Below are positions 12,621 to 25,139 of a stretch of 64,000 nt of DNA, in pieces (the stretch's first letter is position 1; the number at the start of each line of letters is the position of its first letter). The translations under genes were made by a program, and so were the position numbers. Source of the stretch: Mobula hypostoma (lineage: Eukaryota); NCBI RefSeq assembly GCF_963921235.1, contig NC_086114.1, positions 1,860,001-1,924,000 of the forward strand, in the 5' to 3' direction. Below the pieces are notes generated by a model. It saw only the letters and a program-made list of their open reading frames with translations, did no database searches and was not told where the DNA came from.

Positions 12621-13473
12621 GAGCAAATTCAATGGGCCAAATGGCCTAATTCTGCTCTTCTATCTTATGGTCTTGTATAGATAAATGACAATAAACTTGA
12701 CTTGAGTAAATGCATGTTAATGCTTATGAGATAATGCTTATGGTCATGCAGACATTGGGGAATCAAGCACCCACAGCTGTGTATCTTTCCCACCCTTAGA
12801 GATTGTATTTGTAGTCGCCTATAGAACAGAAGGCCGTGTGTTGATTCTGTGTCTTGTGAGAGTGAAAATTGATTCATGCACTGTAGCCAGGAGCAGAGAT
12901 TGAGCAGCTCCTTCAATATCTTGGAACTTTTTTTTTTGGAGTTATTTCGGAACAATCAGTCAATATGGAAGGAAGGAACTAACTTACAATCTATAGAGGA
13001 TGCTCAGTGACTTTGCCTGTTGGGATGTGTGGAACGTGTCTGTGTTTGGCTATAGCCTATAGTTAACTGGCAAACCACCTGAAACTTTGACATAGGCCAG
13101 TTTTCCAATGTGATTATCACACATTGGTTGGGACAGATGCCCTCAAGCCTTTAAAATTTATCATCAGCACCTATTCTTGTACTAACCCAGTACAATCCAA
13201 ATAGCTCATGTTCATAAAGATCATTGAAAACATTGATGTTTTTCATAAAGATCATCCTCCCTGCAAGATCTTTTCATGGCTTTGTAAGGTTATATGGAAA
13301 AGTCTCTGGGAGCCCTGTGAAGGTGAATAAGTACTTCCCAGTTGTCCTGAGATGGTATTTACACCACACTGCCTGCTTTGTTTCAAGAGTATTTCTGTCT
13401 AGTCTCATTATGCCAGTATCCAAAATTTTACAACCTGTATATTTGTAACCCAAACACTTTTTTTGTCTTTTAG

Positions 13474-13598
13474 TATCAGTGTTTGATAGAGAGCTGTGCA
13501 GAGAAATTCAAGACCTCCAGTGACCGCAAAAACCATTTGATCAAGGTTCATGGTTATCCATCTGACTTTAGATTTGACAAACCAAAGAAGCTTAAACG
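13474..13598 (+). CDS. znf511: ZNF511 exon 4, third C2H2 finger (YQCLIESCAEKFKTSSDRKNHLIKVHGYPSDFRFDKPKK)
   Basis: TTTTAG acceptor and CG|GTGAG donor. YQCL..C.EKFKTS.DRK.H....H.YP.DFRFDKPKK matches ZNF511. Not in the ORF track; read directly from the sequence. Confidence 0.95.
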
Positions 13599-14059
13599 GT
13601 GAGGAAACTTCCTGCTACGCTTTGTATGAGACTCTCGAGATGAGATAATATAACCTCTCGGGTCACGCTCCTCAATGGTCACCTTGCATTGTATTACCTT
13701 GGAATACCCATCACTTCCTGATAACCTTGTGGTATGACTCTTCATACTGGAGTAATTGGGTGCTTGGGAATTTGAAACAGTACACAGGTACTTAACTAAG
13801 TACGTTAGATTGATACAGTACAAAGGATGTTTTTGAACCATTGGGCCTGTCAGAGATGTGTGGTGGAACTGTACAATTGATCCCATTGTTATAAAGTCAT
13901 AAGGCACTATTGCACAGAATCAGGCCCTTTGGGCCATCTAGTCTGTGCCAGCCTGGTCTTATTTCCTACTCCCATCTACCTGCACCTGGACCATAGCCCT
14001 CCCTACCCCTCCCATCCAAGTACCTATCCAAACTTCTGCAATCTAAACCACGTCCAACG

Positions 14060-15305
14060 AATCCAAATCAGGTTTAATAACACCAGTGTATATCATGAAA
14101 TTTGTTGTTTTGCAGCAGCAGTACATCGCAATACTTGGTATAAGTATGTATTTTTTTAAAAATTAAGCAAGTAGGTCAAAAAGAAAGGGAAATGAATATT
14201 GGGGAAGTGTTCATGGGTTTAATGTCCATTCAGAAATCCATTGGTGGAGGGGAAGAGGCTGTTCCTGAAACGTTGAGTGTGTCTTCAGACTCCTGCACCA
14301 CCACCTTGATGGTAGCAATGAGAAGAGAGCATATCCTGGCTAATAGGGGTTCTTAATGATGGATGCTGCCTTTTTGAGGCATCACCTTTTGAAGGTGTCT
14401 TGTTTGCTGGGAAGGTGCCCATGATGGAGCTGGCTGAGTTTCCAACTTTCTGCAACTTTTTCTGATCCTGTGCAGTGGCCTCTCCAATTCAGATGTTGAT
14501 GCTGTCCATTCTACATCCATAGAAATTTACGAGTGTCATCGTCAAATTTATAGATGGCGTTTGAGCTGTGCCTACCCACACAGTCGATGGTGTTGAGAGA
14601 GTAGCACAGTGGGTTAAACACGCATCCTTGAGGTGCGTCAGTGTTTGTCAGCAAAGAGGAGATGTTATTTCTGATCTGCACAGACTGGTCACTTGGTGAG
14701 CAGCCAAGAGTCCATTTACAGAGGGAGGTGCAGAGGCCCAGGACTTGGAGCTTTTTGATTAGATCAAATAGTATGATTGTGTTGAATGTTGAACCATAGT
14801 CAATAAAAAGCAGCCTGATGTAAGTATTACTGTTGTCCATGTGATCCAACGCTGATTGGATCTGCTGGTAGCTTGCTCCACACTCTTGCCACTTTTTGAG
14901 TGAAGAAGTTCTCCTCAGATTCCCCTTAAGTATTTCACCCTTCACTCTTAACCTCTGACCTAGTTCTAGTCTTGCCCTACCTGAAGGGAAAGAGCCTGCA
15001 TGCATTTACCCTATTTATACCCCTTGTAAATTTTGTGTACCTCTCAAATCTCCCTTCATTCTGCTGTTCCAGGAATAAAGTCCTAATCTTGTCAAACTTT
15101 CCCTTTAACTCGGGTCCTCAAATCCAGGCAATGTCCTTGCAAATTACCTATATTCTTTCAATCTTATTGATATCTCTCCTGTAGGTAGGTGACGTGAACT
15201 GTACACAATAGTACAAATTCGAATTCAACATCTTGTACAACTTGAATGTTGCATCCCAACTCCTGTACTCGGTGTCCTGAGTTCTGAAGGTCAATGTGTG
15301 AAAAG
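14060..15305 (-). mobile_element. Rex1-like fragment (about 14060-14850) abutting a CR1 3' fragment (about 14858-15305)
   Basis: RLLFIDYGSTFNTI...PQGCVFNPL...KFDDDT; YCVQF.SP.YR.DINKIER. Confidence 0.7.
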
Positions 15306-15757
15306 CTGTTCTTTCTCCCAGGAATGGAAGAAGCTTTAATTTAGAAAAAGTGTGATCCTTGATATGAATCATTTCGTGGCCTCATGTTTCCCCTGAAGAA
15401 AAGAGCTGAGGCCATTAAATAAGAGTCCTGATAATGTCTCTGCCTGAAATGTTGACTGTTTATTCATTTCCATAGATATTGCCTGACCTGCTGAGTTCCT
15501 CCAGCATTTTGTGTGCTGCTTTAGCTCTCTCTCATAACCATCTCCAGCCCTACAACCTTTTGAGATATTTCTGCTTCAGTTCTGACCTTCTGACCATTCC
15601 AGAACACAATTACTTCAGGGATGGCAGATGCCAAGGCCTCAACCTCTGAACCCCTTCCATAGCCTTTTCACTCCTCCCTCTTTGAAGATGCTGCTTAAAT
15701 GATTTGCCCTGACATCTCCTTATCTGGATTGACATAAATTTTTAGTTTATTACCGTT

Positions 15758-16024
15758 ACGACCTGGCTGGTGGCGTAGTGGCATCCGCGCTGGACTTCGG
15801 GACGAAAGGTCCCAAGTTTGAATCCAGCCAGCCGGCTCCCCGCACACTTTCCATCCATGCTGGGTTACGAGCTGGTGATCTTTTTGGAAACTCACCCGGC
15901 AGAAGGCAATAGCAAACCACTGCTGTAACTTGCCTCGTACGCAGTTCCCCACTACGTCAGAGAGGTGTGGAGGGAATCGTCCGCTAACCGGAGAAACTCT
16001 GGATGCGACGTACCTTTCCTTTCC
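15758..16024 (+). mobile_element. tRNA-derived SINE
   Basis: A-box TGGCGTAGTGG, B-box GTTTGAATCC, central GAAGGCAATAGCAAACCACT block, ACCTTTCCTTT tail. Near-TSD TATTACC(G/A)TT at 15748 and 16025. Confidence 0.75.
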
Positions 16025-16201
16025 TATTACCATTCCAGTGATATGCCGTGGAGTGAAATTTTTTTTTGCTGCTTTATTTGTGAGTTAGTTTTGCTTACTC
16101 AAGCCTGATAACATTACTAGAATTGAAAGAATTTTAATCCTAAAATTTAGAACATTTAAATATAACTGTCATCTAATGTTCTGTTCTTCCTCCCTACACA
16201 G

Positions 16202-16405
16202 CAATCCAAAGAATCAGGAAAGGAATCCTCATGATATGGAAGTGGAAGCAACTGTATGCCAGAAAGAAGCAGATGATACATTTTGCAAAGCAACTGTAGA
16301 GTCCATGGAGCAGGAGCCAGGAGAAACAATGGAGGCTGAGAGTCCACCTAGACCGGAGAAACCTGGTACTGCCTCGCTGCACCAACGACCTCCCATCTCT
16401 CGCAG
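16202..16405 (+). CDS. znf511: ZNF511 exon 5, acidic low-complexity linker (NPKNQERNPHDMEVEAT...QRPPISR)
   Basis: CCCTACACAG acceptor and AG|GTAC donor. Phase 2/2 fits exons 4 and 6. Frame is open. Confidence 0.82.
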
Positions 16406-16803
16406 GTACACTTGGTGCCAAAGAGCGACAGCAGCATTGTGAGCACTCACTGTATGCTTCATCATCTTATCTCTTTGCAGGGAAACTTGACAAATGTTGC
16501 TTGTAATTATAATGTTCACTTACAGACATTCTACGTTAGATGAGTCTTATTTGTTGCATGTACATGGAAGCATACAGTGAAATGTGTTACTTGCATCATT
16601 ATCAAAGATCTGATGATACTAATCAATACAGGTGGGTGGGGACAGGTAGAAGTTGCCAGGATACAGAACTAAAAAAAAATGTAAATTTACAATGTGAAAT
16701 AAAATAGAATGCTAAATCTTATCAGGTTTCAAGTATTCTGTTTTTGAATCAAAGGTTCCCTGGTTGCCTGTATTTTTTTAATATAAGTTTTATAAATGCC
16801 CTG

Positions 16804-18328
16804 TGTCATGTACCCCGTGACGGGTTAAAGAACCAGCAGAAATGGAAAACACTTTCGGAGTCTGGTATTGGTATTAACATGAGCTATTTTTATTAGTAAC
16901 TACATAATACAGTCATATATAACCGGATAAATCAAACAAGTTAGCAGTGTTACATGTATATATGTGTGCAAATATAGCTCCAGAACTATTGAGCTTGGGA
17001 GAAACAAGGCTTAGAGTCTTGAGATGGTAAAGTATGAAAGTTCAGTTCATCCACAGAATAGGTGATGAGAGAGATATTTGTAATCCAGGGTAAACATCGA
17101 TATTCCACAGATTCCATGACAGCAATACAAAATAACAATAGTAATATGTTTTATCTTCGAAGTTGTTCCACTCCACACACGAAATATCACTGACAGTGAT
17201 CTTCAACGAATATCCTTTCAACACAAGTGGTACCACACCTGAATTCAGCTTCGGGTCATCCCAAAGTGGTGGCCACAGGATACTCAAACAGAATCCACAT
17301 ATGGATTATCACCAACAGTAGCTTATCACTAAGGGGACCCTCTTCAAGGGAACCAACCCCAAACACACAACATGATAGCTACTTATCCAGTTCCATGACA
17401 TACGAAATAACTCCAACAGTGATTTGCCACGGGGGTGCCTTTCTTCAGTGAACTACCATACCCAAACAAGGGTAAGCACACAAGTGATATTCACAAAGGT
17501 ACTCCCCTCACCAGAGAACCCGCTCTTGTGGATTAACTATGTGACAGTCACACCTTCGTATTCAAATGGAACTGAAACTCACCCTTACAGGCTACTTAGA
17601 GAGAGAGTCCAAACAGTGACCTCTTTGTCACTAGGTTTCTTCTGTTTCAAACCTTCCTCTCCCCTCTTCTCTTCCTATAAAGTCACTGAATGTGACCACA
17701 AAAAAGAAGACCGTCTTCTGTGCTGGAGTTATCAACCCAGGCGAGGGTTGGACACACAAATAACTCCCCACCGGTCACACCTTTTCCACACTGCGAGAGC
17801 CACTGATCGATCCTTCAAAAATCCACCTTACTATGGGCACAACAAAGCTCATCCAGTGTCCAAAATCATGTGTCCCTGTGTCTATCAGCTGACCTTCTAT
17901 TTAACTCACTGTGCTGAACACCAGCTGTCCATCAAACTGCTCCTCCCTTCTCTCTCTGTAAGAACACAGAAGCTGGCAGTGTCCTTGCAAAAGTGTAAAC
18001 ATGCTGCAGAGAAACCATAACACCATCTCAAAGCAGTCTTTGCCCCCCCCCAACAAGGTGTTTGNNNNNNNNNNNNNNNNNNNNNNNNNNNNNNNNNNNN
18101 NNNNNNNNNNNNNNNNNNNNNNNNNNNNNNNNNNNNNNNNNNNNNNNNNNNNNNNNNNNNNNNNNNNNNNNNNNNNNNNNNNNNNNNNNNNNNNNNNNNN
18201 NNNNNNNNNNNNNNNNNNNNNNNNNNNNNNNNNNNNNNNNNNNNNNNNNNNNNNNNNNNNNNNNNNNNNNNNNNNNNNNNNNNNNNNNNNNNNNNNNNNN
18301 NNNNNNNNACCCTTAGGGGTACATAACA
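16804..18328. mobile_element. LTR-retroelement (Gypsy-like) solo LTR or collapsed element spanning the assembly gap
   Basis: Ends TGTCATGTACCCC ... GGGGTACATAACA (TG..CA inverted termini). 4-bp TSD CCTG on both sides. Confidence 0.7.
18065..18308. other. Assembly gap (244 N)
   Basis: Run of N. Confidence 1.
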
Positions 18329-19214
18329 CCTGCGATCTAAGGTCCCTTCATTTCTGGACCCTTTATAAAATTATCCCATTTATTTCACTTGCTCATTTTT
18401 TCATAATTAAATATACCATTTCATCATGTTTTTTAAAAAATTTAATAATGAAAAATCTAACAATGCTAACATACTGTATTAGTGGGTGGAAACAGGTGGA
18501 AGTTGTCATGAAACAGAACTCTGTAAAATGCCAATCTGAATGGGTAAACATTAACAGGTGTTTGGATGTTTCTCCGTGCATGTGATAATAAGTTACCGTT
18601 TTGAGTAATTTTCTTCCATTTAGGACTGGTAGCATAACGCAGTATCCTTCGGTAATTCCCCTAGTATAATGGCAGATACTAACACTAAAAATAATTCGAG
18701 GATTCATCTTCCATTTGCTTCTGAAATTTCATCTGTTTCTAATTGTAAGCCAGGCACTTTCATTGCAAGTGGAACTGCTTGTGTGACTTTGAGATACTGT
18801 AAGTTCTCCTGTTCTCAGGTGAAGAATTAGATTACTGTGCATTACATTTCATGTAAGGAAAATTCAAAATGCTGTAACACTGACTATTTTTATTTTATTT
18901 TAATTCCTATACAATACAACCAATTGTTCCACCTTTGAGCTGCATGGAAATTTTTAAAAAAACACTGCGTAGCTGGCTTCTTGATTAGGACTTTGGAACC
19001 ACTGCTGTGGTTTTTGACACTAGGTCATCCTGTAGTATATGAAACATAACCAATTTGCAGGTAATAACAACCTACCAACAGTGAAGAGATAGTGAACAGC
19101 CTTGCTTAGTGATGTTAATTATCGATAATATTTCCCACATTGCTGGAGATAACATCCCTATTCAGCTTTAGAACTGTGTGTCCGCTAAAGAGGGTAGGGA
19201 TGTTTGAATATAAC

Positions 19215-19724
19215 CGCTTCCACTTCCACCATCATATCTCTGTGAAGCAGGATTTTCTGCAATGAAAACTAAATTGCGGAATAGACTGGACATAAGGAAC
19301 CCCCTTCGAGTATCGCTGTCTCCCATCATTCCTCAATGGGACCGTGTTGTTGCAGGGAAACAAGCCCAGGGCTCCCACTGATTCAGCGATATTGGTGTTG
19401 CAATGATTTTATATGTTCATACGAGGAAAATATGCGCTGTGTGTTTAATATCCAAACGTTACTTAAAATGTTATGATGCTATTGACTTATAACAGTCTTA
19501 TAATTGACTTATCGCTATATTCATGGGAGGAAAATATGTGCTGTGTTTAATAGTAAATTCGTTAGATAAGCCCTTTTAGAAACTAAATTGAGTGTATTAT
19601 TAACCACTTATAATTTCACCTATATTCTGGACGTGATTAACACCCCCCACCCCTGTTGGCCGCTCCACAAGAATATTGTCAATATTAAACAGGTCCGTGG
19701 TGCAAAAAAGGTTGGGGACCCCTG
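19215..19724 (+). mobile_element. hAT (Charlie/Buster-like) transposon 3' end
   Basis: Translates to YLCEAGFSAM..KTKLRNRLDIRNPLRVSLSPIIPQWDRVVAGKQAQGSH* (hAT dimerisation domain). Terminal AAAAAGGTTGGGGACCCCTG. Confidence 0.8.
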
Positions 19725-19732
19725 GTCTAAAG

Positions 19733-19812
19733 CAGGGGTTCCCAACCATTGTCATGCCATGGACCAATACCATTAAGCAGAGGGTCCACAGACCCTGGGT
19801 TGGGAAGCCCTA
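19733..19812. mobile_element. 80-bp hAT MITE with 8-bp TSD
   Basis: CAGGGGTTCCCAACC ... GGTTGGGAAGCCCTA; TSD GTCTAAAG at 19725-19732 and 19813-19820. Confidence 0.8.
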
Positions 19813-19975
19813 GTCTAAAGTGTTCGTTCCTTTTTCCTGACACTGGCTCCATGTTTTACACAAGGCTACTCATCACCACCACTGCTTTGATTGTGATTGC
19901 CAGCCCAGCAAAGACTTTAGGTGAAGCTTGGTATGTCTCATCTCTGCGTCATTACTTTTCTGCATTTTCTTACAG

Positions 19976-20045
19976 GGTGCCCGCTACAATTTGTTTTGGA
20001 CATGGATCAATCCGCGGCTTTAAGAACCCAAGGAAAAAGAAGTAA
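19976..20045 (+). CDS. znf511: ZNF511 exon 6 (VPATICFGHGSIRGFKNPRKKK*)
   Basis: TTCTTACAG acceptor. P.TICFG.G..RGFK is the ZNF511 C-terminal motif. TAA at 20043-20045; AATAAA at 20094 and 20267. Confidence 0.93.
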
Positions 20046-20504
20046 TACGTGTTGTGAATCGAATAATCACAAAACTGCAGAACTCAGTTCTGTAATAAAG
20101 ACATCAAGACATGAATTTGGAATGATCCCTGTTAGTCAAATGGTATCGTTTTGGTCTCCATGAAACTTTGTGTTTTCAGAAATTATCAGCCAATGAATCC
20201 CATCACTCTTTTTTAGGAAGAAACCTATACTGTTCAGAAAACAAACAATTTAAAATGTCATTGGTAAATAAATCCATTGTATTTTGGTATACTTCCGTTA
20301 GAGGGCCTTTCATTTCCAAGGACACTTCACTGAATTATGGATATGATGGTATGTACAGGTATTTACACTGTCAGTGTTTGTGGAAACTAATTTTAGCTCA
20401 TTCAGTATTAATAAGATGGAATTTATTCAAGCCAGTAATTTTAGGATGGTTGCCCATTCGCCTTCTCCCTTACCTCCATTCAGCACCCTCAACACTTCAC
20501 TTGT

Positions 20505-20972
20505 AAATCTTTTGGGGTCATTTATTACATCCAGTGCTTCCTGATGGGGCCTCTTCTACATGGGTCAGACCTGGCACAAATTGAGTGACAGCTTTGTCGA
20601 ATACCTCTGCTCCATCTGCATAAAGGGGAATTTCCTGGTGGCCAAGTGTTTTATTTCAATTCCCATGGCAGTTCATGGCCTCCTCGTGTGCCATGGTGAG
20701 GCTACTCTCAGGGTGGAGGAGCAACACTTCATATTCCATCTGGGTAGCTTCCAACCTGATGGCATGAACATTGATAATTCCCCCCCCCCCCCGCCCTGCA
20801 CCTTTTTATTCTGGAGTTTTTTCCCCCTTCCTTTCCAGTCCTGAAGAAGGATCTCATCCTGAAATGTTGACTGTTCACTCTTTTTCATGGATGCTGTCTG
20901 ACCTGCTAAGTTCCTCCAGCATTTTGTATGTGTTGCCTTGGATTTCCAGCATCTGCAGAATTTCTTGTTTTT
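20505..20972 (+). mobile_element. Old Penelope-like 3' fragment (GIY-YIG remnant plus hammerhead tail)
   Basis: HGLL.CHGEATLRVEEQHFIFHLGSFQPDGMNID, followed by CAGTC-CTGAAGA-AGGATCTCATCCT-GAAATGTT-GACTG at 20836-20873. Confidence 0.8.
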
Positions 20973-21729
20973 AGTTGAAGTGCACAAGTTTAGAGTATAA
21001 TACACAATGGAAAAATTTGATGCCATTTTCAACGGGATGATGACATTTTGCTTCTGATTGTGCAGAAGCACAAAGATTTGCTGACTGCCAGAGGTTTTTG
21101 TTGTTGAACGTTTGAAATGTAGCACTTCATCTTCATGGTATTTTACTATAATTATGCAAGTCTGGAGATAATTTTAACATTATCTTTTGCACCCAACTGC
21201 TCCAGGTGCTTATTCAATGTGTAGTACAAGATCAGTTAGTTTATACTTTGCTCTGACTCCAAATCCTCCCTCATCCTGGACAGAAATGTAGTACCTTTGG
21301 GGAAAGCTGACGGGCTAACAAGCTACCACAGCTATTCTTCAACAACTTTATATTTAAGTGATTACATTATAAAACAAACTTTTATCTACACTAGTGCCAA
21401 AGTGGAAATAACCTCAAAAGAATTTTCTCATGGAAAAATTAGCCACATAAAACAAGAAACTCTTTCCAAGATCAGAGTAAAACTTAAAAGTCATTCCATG
21501 AAACGTAATTATTTTTATACTCTGTATTTCCTCCAATTCTTGCAAGTGTTTTTTTTTTAACTCTGCCCACTATCCTTTTACAATGACCCTGACACAAAAT
21601 ACATTGAAGAGAATGGCTTTGTGACAGAATATGCACCCAAGAAGGTGGTCCAGTCAGTTGTTTAAAGAATTTTTACTGTGATCAGCCTTCCTGAACATTT
21701 GTGGTCCTTTCTCTAAGCCTCAACCCCTG

Positions 21730-23800
21730 GTAATCAGAGGACAAAGTGACCAGCCCTCAATAAGTATACCACTTTAGACACTGCTGAGGGTTTTAACTTA
21801 CCAGGAGGAGCCACAGTGACTGGGATTCTTTCACTGAGTCTGGTGCTGTGGCTCAGAAGAGCAGAAAGCTGAGGTGGTCAACAGTGTTGATAGGAGATTC
21901 AATAATCTGAGACATGGGGACATGGGTGTGATTTCAAGATCAGGATGGAATGTTGCTAGGGTCAGGGATGTTGCTGATCGGGTCCATGGCAATCTAAAGT
22001 GGGAGGGTCTTGGTACACATTGGCACCAAGGACATGGGTAGAAAAAGTAAGGAGGTTCTAAAAAGAGACTTTTAGAGAACTAGGTAGAAAGCTGAAAAAC
22101 AGGATCTCCAGAGTAGTTGTGATTGCTGGGTTACTGCCCATGCCACGTGCCAGTAAGGGTAAGAATAGGTAAGAATTTTATGTATATATTCTTTGTCATG
22201 CTGCAAAACATTGAGCTGCTAAACTGTGTTTCATTGCTCCACAACAATGACAATAAAGATCATCTTCTTCTTCTTCAGGATGATTTGGCAGGAGAATATA
22301 TCCTGAGGTGTAGGGGGCAGGGGTTCAGATTTGTACATTATTGAGAACTGTTCTGGGGAAGATATGACCTGTACCAAAGGGACAGGTTACACCTAAACCA
22401 GAGGGGAACCAATATCCTTGGGAACAGGAGTGATAGTGCTGAGGATGAGGTAGTTGGTTCACAAACAGAGCAGTGTGTAGCAAGACTCCTAGCAAAGAGA
22501 GGCTGATGATACTACAAAATTGCAGTCAACAGGCTGAGTTGCAACATAAAAGGCAGACAAAATCAAAAAGAGTGAATACAGGACTGAAGGTGTTGAATTT
22601 GAATGCACGCAGTACACACAATGAGGTAGATGAACATGAAGGACAGTTACAGATTGGCATGTTTGGTGATGTGGGCATCACTAATCCATGGCTGAAAGAA
22701 GATTGTAGCTGGGAGCTTAACATCCAAGGATATACATTGTATCAAAAGAACTGATAGGTAGGTAGAAGGAGTGGTGTGGATCTGCTTTTTTTTTAAATTA
22801 TATCAAATCATTAAAGAAGTGAAAAAATGATATCAAATCATTAGAAAGAGGTGACACAGGGTTGAAAGGTGTTGATTCGTGGATAGAGCTGAAGAGCTGC
22901 AAGGGTAAAAAGGCCCTGATGGGAGTTGTACAAACCCCCAAACAGCAGTAGGGATGTGGTCTACAAATTAGAATGTGAGATAGAAACTGCATAGGGAAAA
23001 AGCAATGATACAATTGTCATGGGGGATTTCAATATGCACGTAAATTGGGAAAATCAGGTTAGTGCTGGATCCCTGGAGGAGATGTCTATGAGATGGCTTT
23101 TTAGTGCAGCTTGCAGTTGAGCCCACTAGGAGATCAGCTATTCTGAATTTAGTGTTGTGCAATAAACTGGAATTGATTAGAGAGCTTAAGGTAAAAGAAC
23201 TCTTGTGGGAGCGGGGGGGGGCGGTGGGGGGGGGAGTGATCATAATATGATCGAATTCACTCGGAATATTGAGAAGCTAAAGTATTATGGAGAATTCAAA
23301 GCCAACTTGAAAGCCAAAGAGAAGGCCTATAATAGAGCAAACTTTAGTGGGATTAGAGGATTCAGAAACTTTAAAAAAAAACAATAGAAGGAACTAATAA
23401 AAAGTCATTAAGAAAAGATGGAATATGAAAGTAAGCTAGCCACAAAGTGTAAAAGAGAGACGAGAATTGATATCAATGAGAAATGCTAGAGAGGTAGTAA
23501 TGGGGAACAAGGAAATGGCAGAAGAACTGAATAAGTATTTTGCACCAGTCTTCACTGTGGAAGACACTAGCAGTAAGCTGAAAGTTCAAGAGTGTCAGGG
23601 GTCATACGTGTGTGAAGTTGCCGTTACTAGGGAGAAAGTTCTTGGGGAAACTGGAAGGTTTGAAGATGGACAAGTTACCTGGACCAGATGGTGCATACCC
23701 CAAAGCTCTGAAGGAGGTGGCTAAAGAGATTGTAGAGGCATTATTAATAATCTTTCAAGAATCATAAGGTTCCAGAAGACTGGAAAATTGCAAATGTCCC
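21730..23800 (+). mobile_element. Degraded CR1 LINE (ORF1 esterase-like and ORF2 endonuclease regions)
   Basis: VIGDS and VHIGT.D remnants; LNARS, MGDFN, SDHNMIEF, MAEELNKYF. Confidence 0.75.
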
Positions 23801-24109
23801 TGTACTCCACTATTACACTAATACATCTGACTTTAGCTTCTCCTCAAATTTCACAGTGAATTTGATCATGTTATGATCACTTGCCCCTAAGGGTTCTTTG
23901 ACCATAAGGTTGCTTATCAATTTTAGTTCATTGCACAACACCAATCGAGAATAGCTGCCATGATTCAGTGATGCCTACAACATCATACTTACCAATTTGT
24001 GTGCTGCAAGTTTGTCTACAGTACCTTATTCCGTAGACTGTGTGCATTCAAATACAACACCTTCGTATGTGTATTCAGCAGGCCAAGCAGCATCTATAGG
24101 AAGAGGTAC

Positions 24110-24145
24110 AGTCGACGTTTCAGGCCGAGACCCTTCGTCAGGACT
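24110..24145 (-). ncRNA. Minimal hammerhead ribozyme motif (mirror copy in the left palindrome arm)
   Basis: Reverse complement reads AGTCCTGACGAAGGGTCTCGGCCTGAAACGTCGACT, identical to 26173-26208. Confidence 0.78.
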
Positions 24146-25139
24146 AACTGAAGGAAGAGTGAGTAAGGGATTTGAAAGCTGGAGGGGGAGGGGGAGATGC
24201 AAAATGATAGGAGAAGACAGGAGGGGGAGGGATGGAGCCGAGAGCTGGACAGGTGATAGGCAGAAGGGGATACGAGAGGATCATGGGACAGGAGGTCCGG
24301 GAAGAAAGACGGGGGGGGGGTGACCCAGAGGATGGGCAAGAGGTATATTCAGAGGGACAGAGGGAGAAAAAGGAGAGCGAGAGAAAGAATGTGTGCATTA
24401 AAAAGAGTAACAGATGGGGTACGAGGGGGAGGTGGGGCCTAGCGGAAGTTAGAGAAGTCAATGTTCATGCCATCAGGTTGGAGGCTACCCAGACGGAATA
24501 TAAGGTGTTGTTCCTCCAACCTGAGTGTGGCTTCATCTTTACAGTAGAGGAGGCCGTGGATAGACATGTCAGAATGGGAATGGGATGTGGAATTAAAATG
24601 TGTGGCCACTGGGAGATCCTGCTTTCTCTGGCGGACAGAGTGTAGATGTTCAGCAAAGCGGTCTCCCAGTCTGCGTCGGGTCTCACCAATATATAAAAGG
24701 CCACATCGGGAGCACCGGACGCAGTATATCACCCCAGTCGACTCACAGGTGAAGTGATGCCTCACCTGGAAGGACTGTTTGGGGCCCTGAATGGTGGTAA
24801 GGGAGGAAGTGTAAGGGCATGTGTAGCACTTGTTCCGCTTACACGGATAAGTGCCAGCAGGGAGATCAGTGGGGAGGGATGGGGGGGACGAATGGACAAG
24901 GGAGTTGTGTAGGGAGCGATCCCTGCGGAATGCAGAGAGAGGCGGGGAGGGAAAGATATGCTTAGTGGTGGGATCCCGTTGGAGGTGGCGGAAGTTACGG
25001 AGAATAATATGTTGGACCCGGAGGCTGGTGGGGTGGTAGGTGAGGACCAGGGGAACCCTATTCCTAGTGGGGTGGTGGGAGGATGGAGTGAGAGCAGATG
25101 TACGTGAAATGGGGGAGATGCGTTTAAGAGCAGAGTTTT

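Noticed and set aside
15758-15840. tRNA gene
   Set aside because: A and B boxes are present, but no clean cloverleaf was evident and it continues into a SINE body with tail and TSD.
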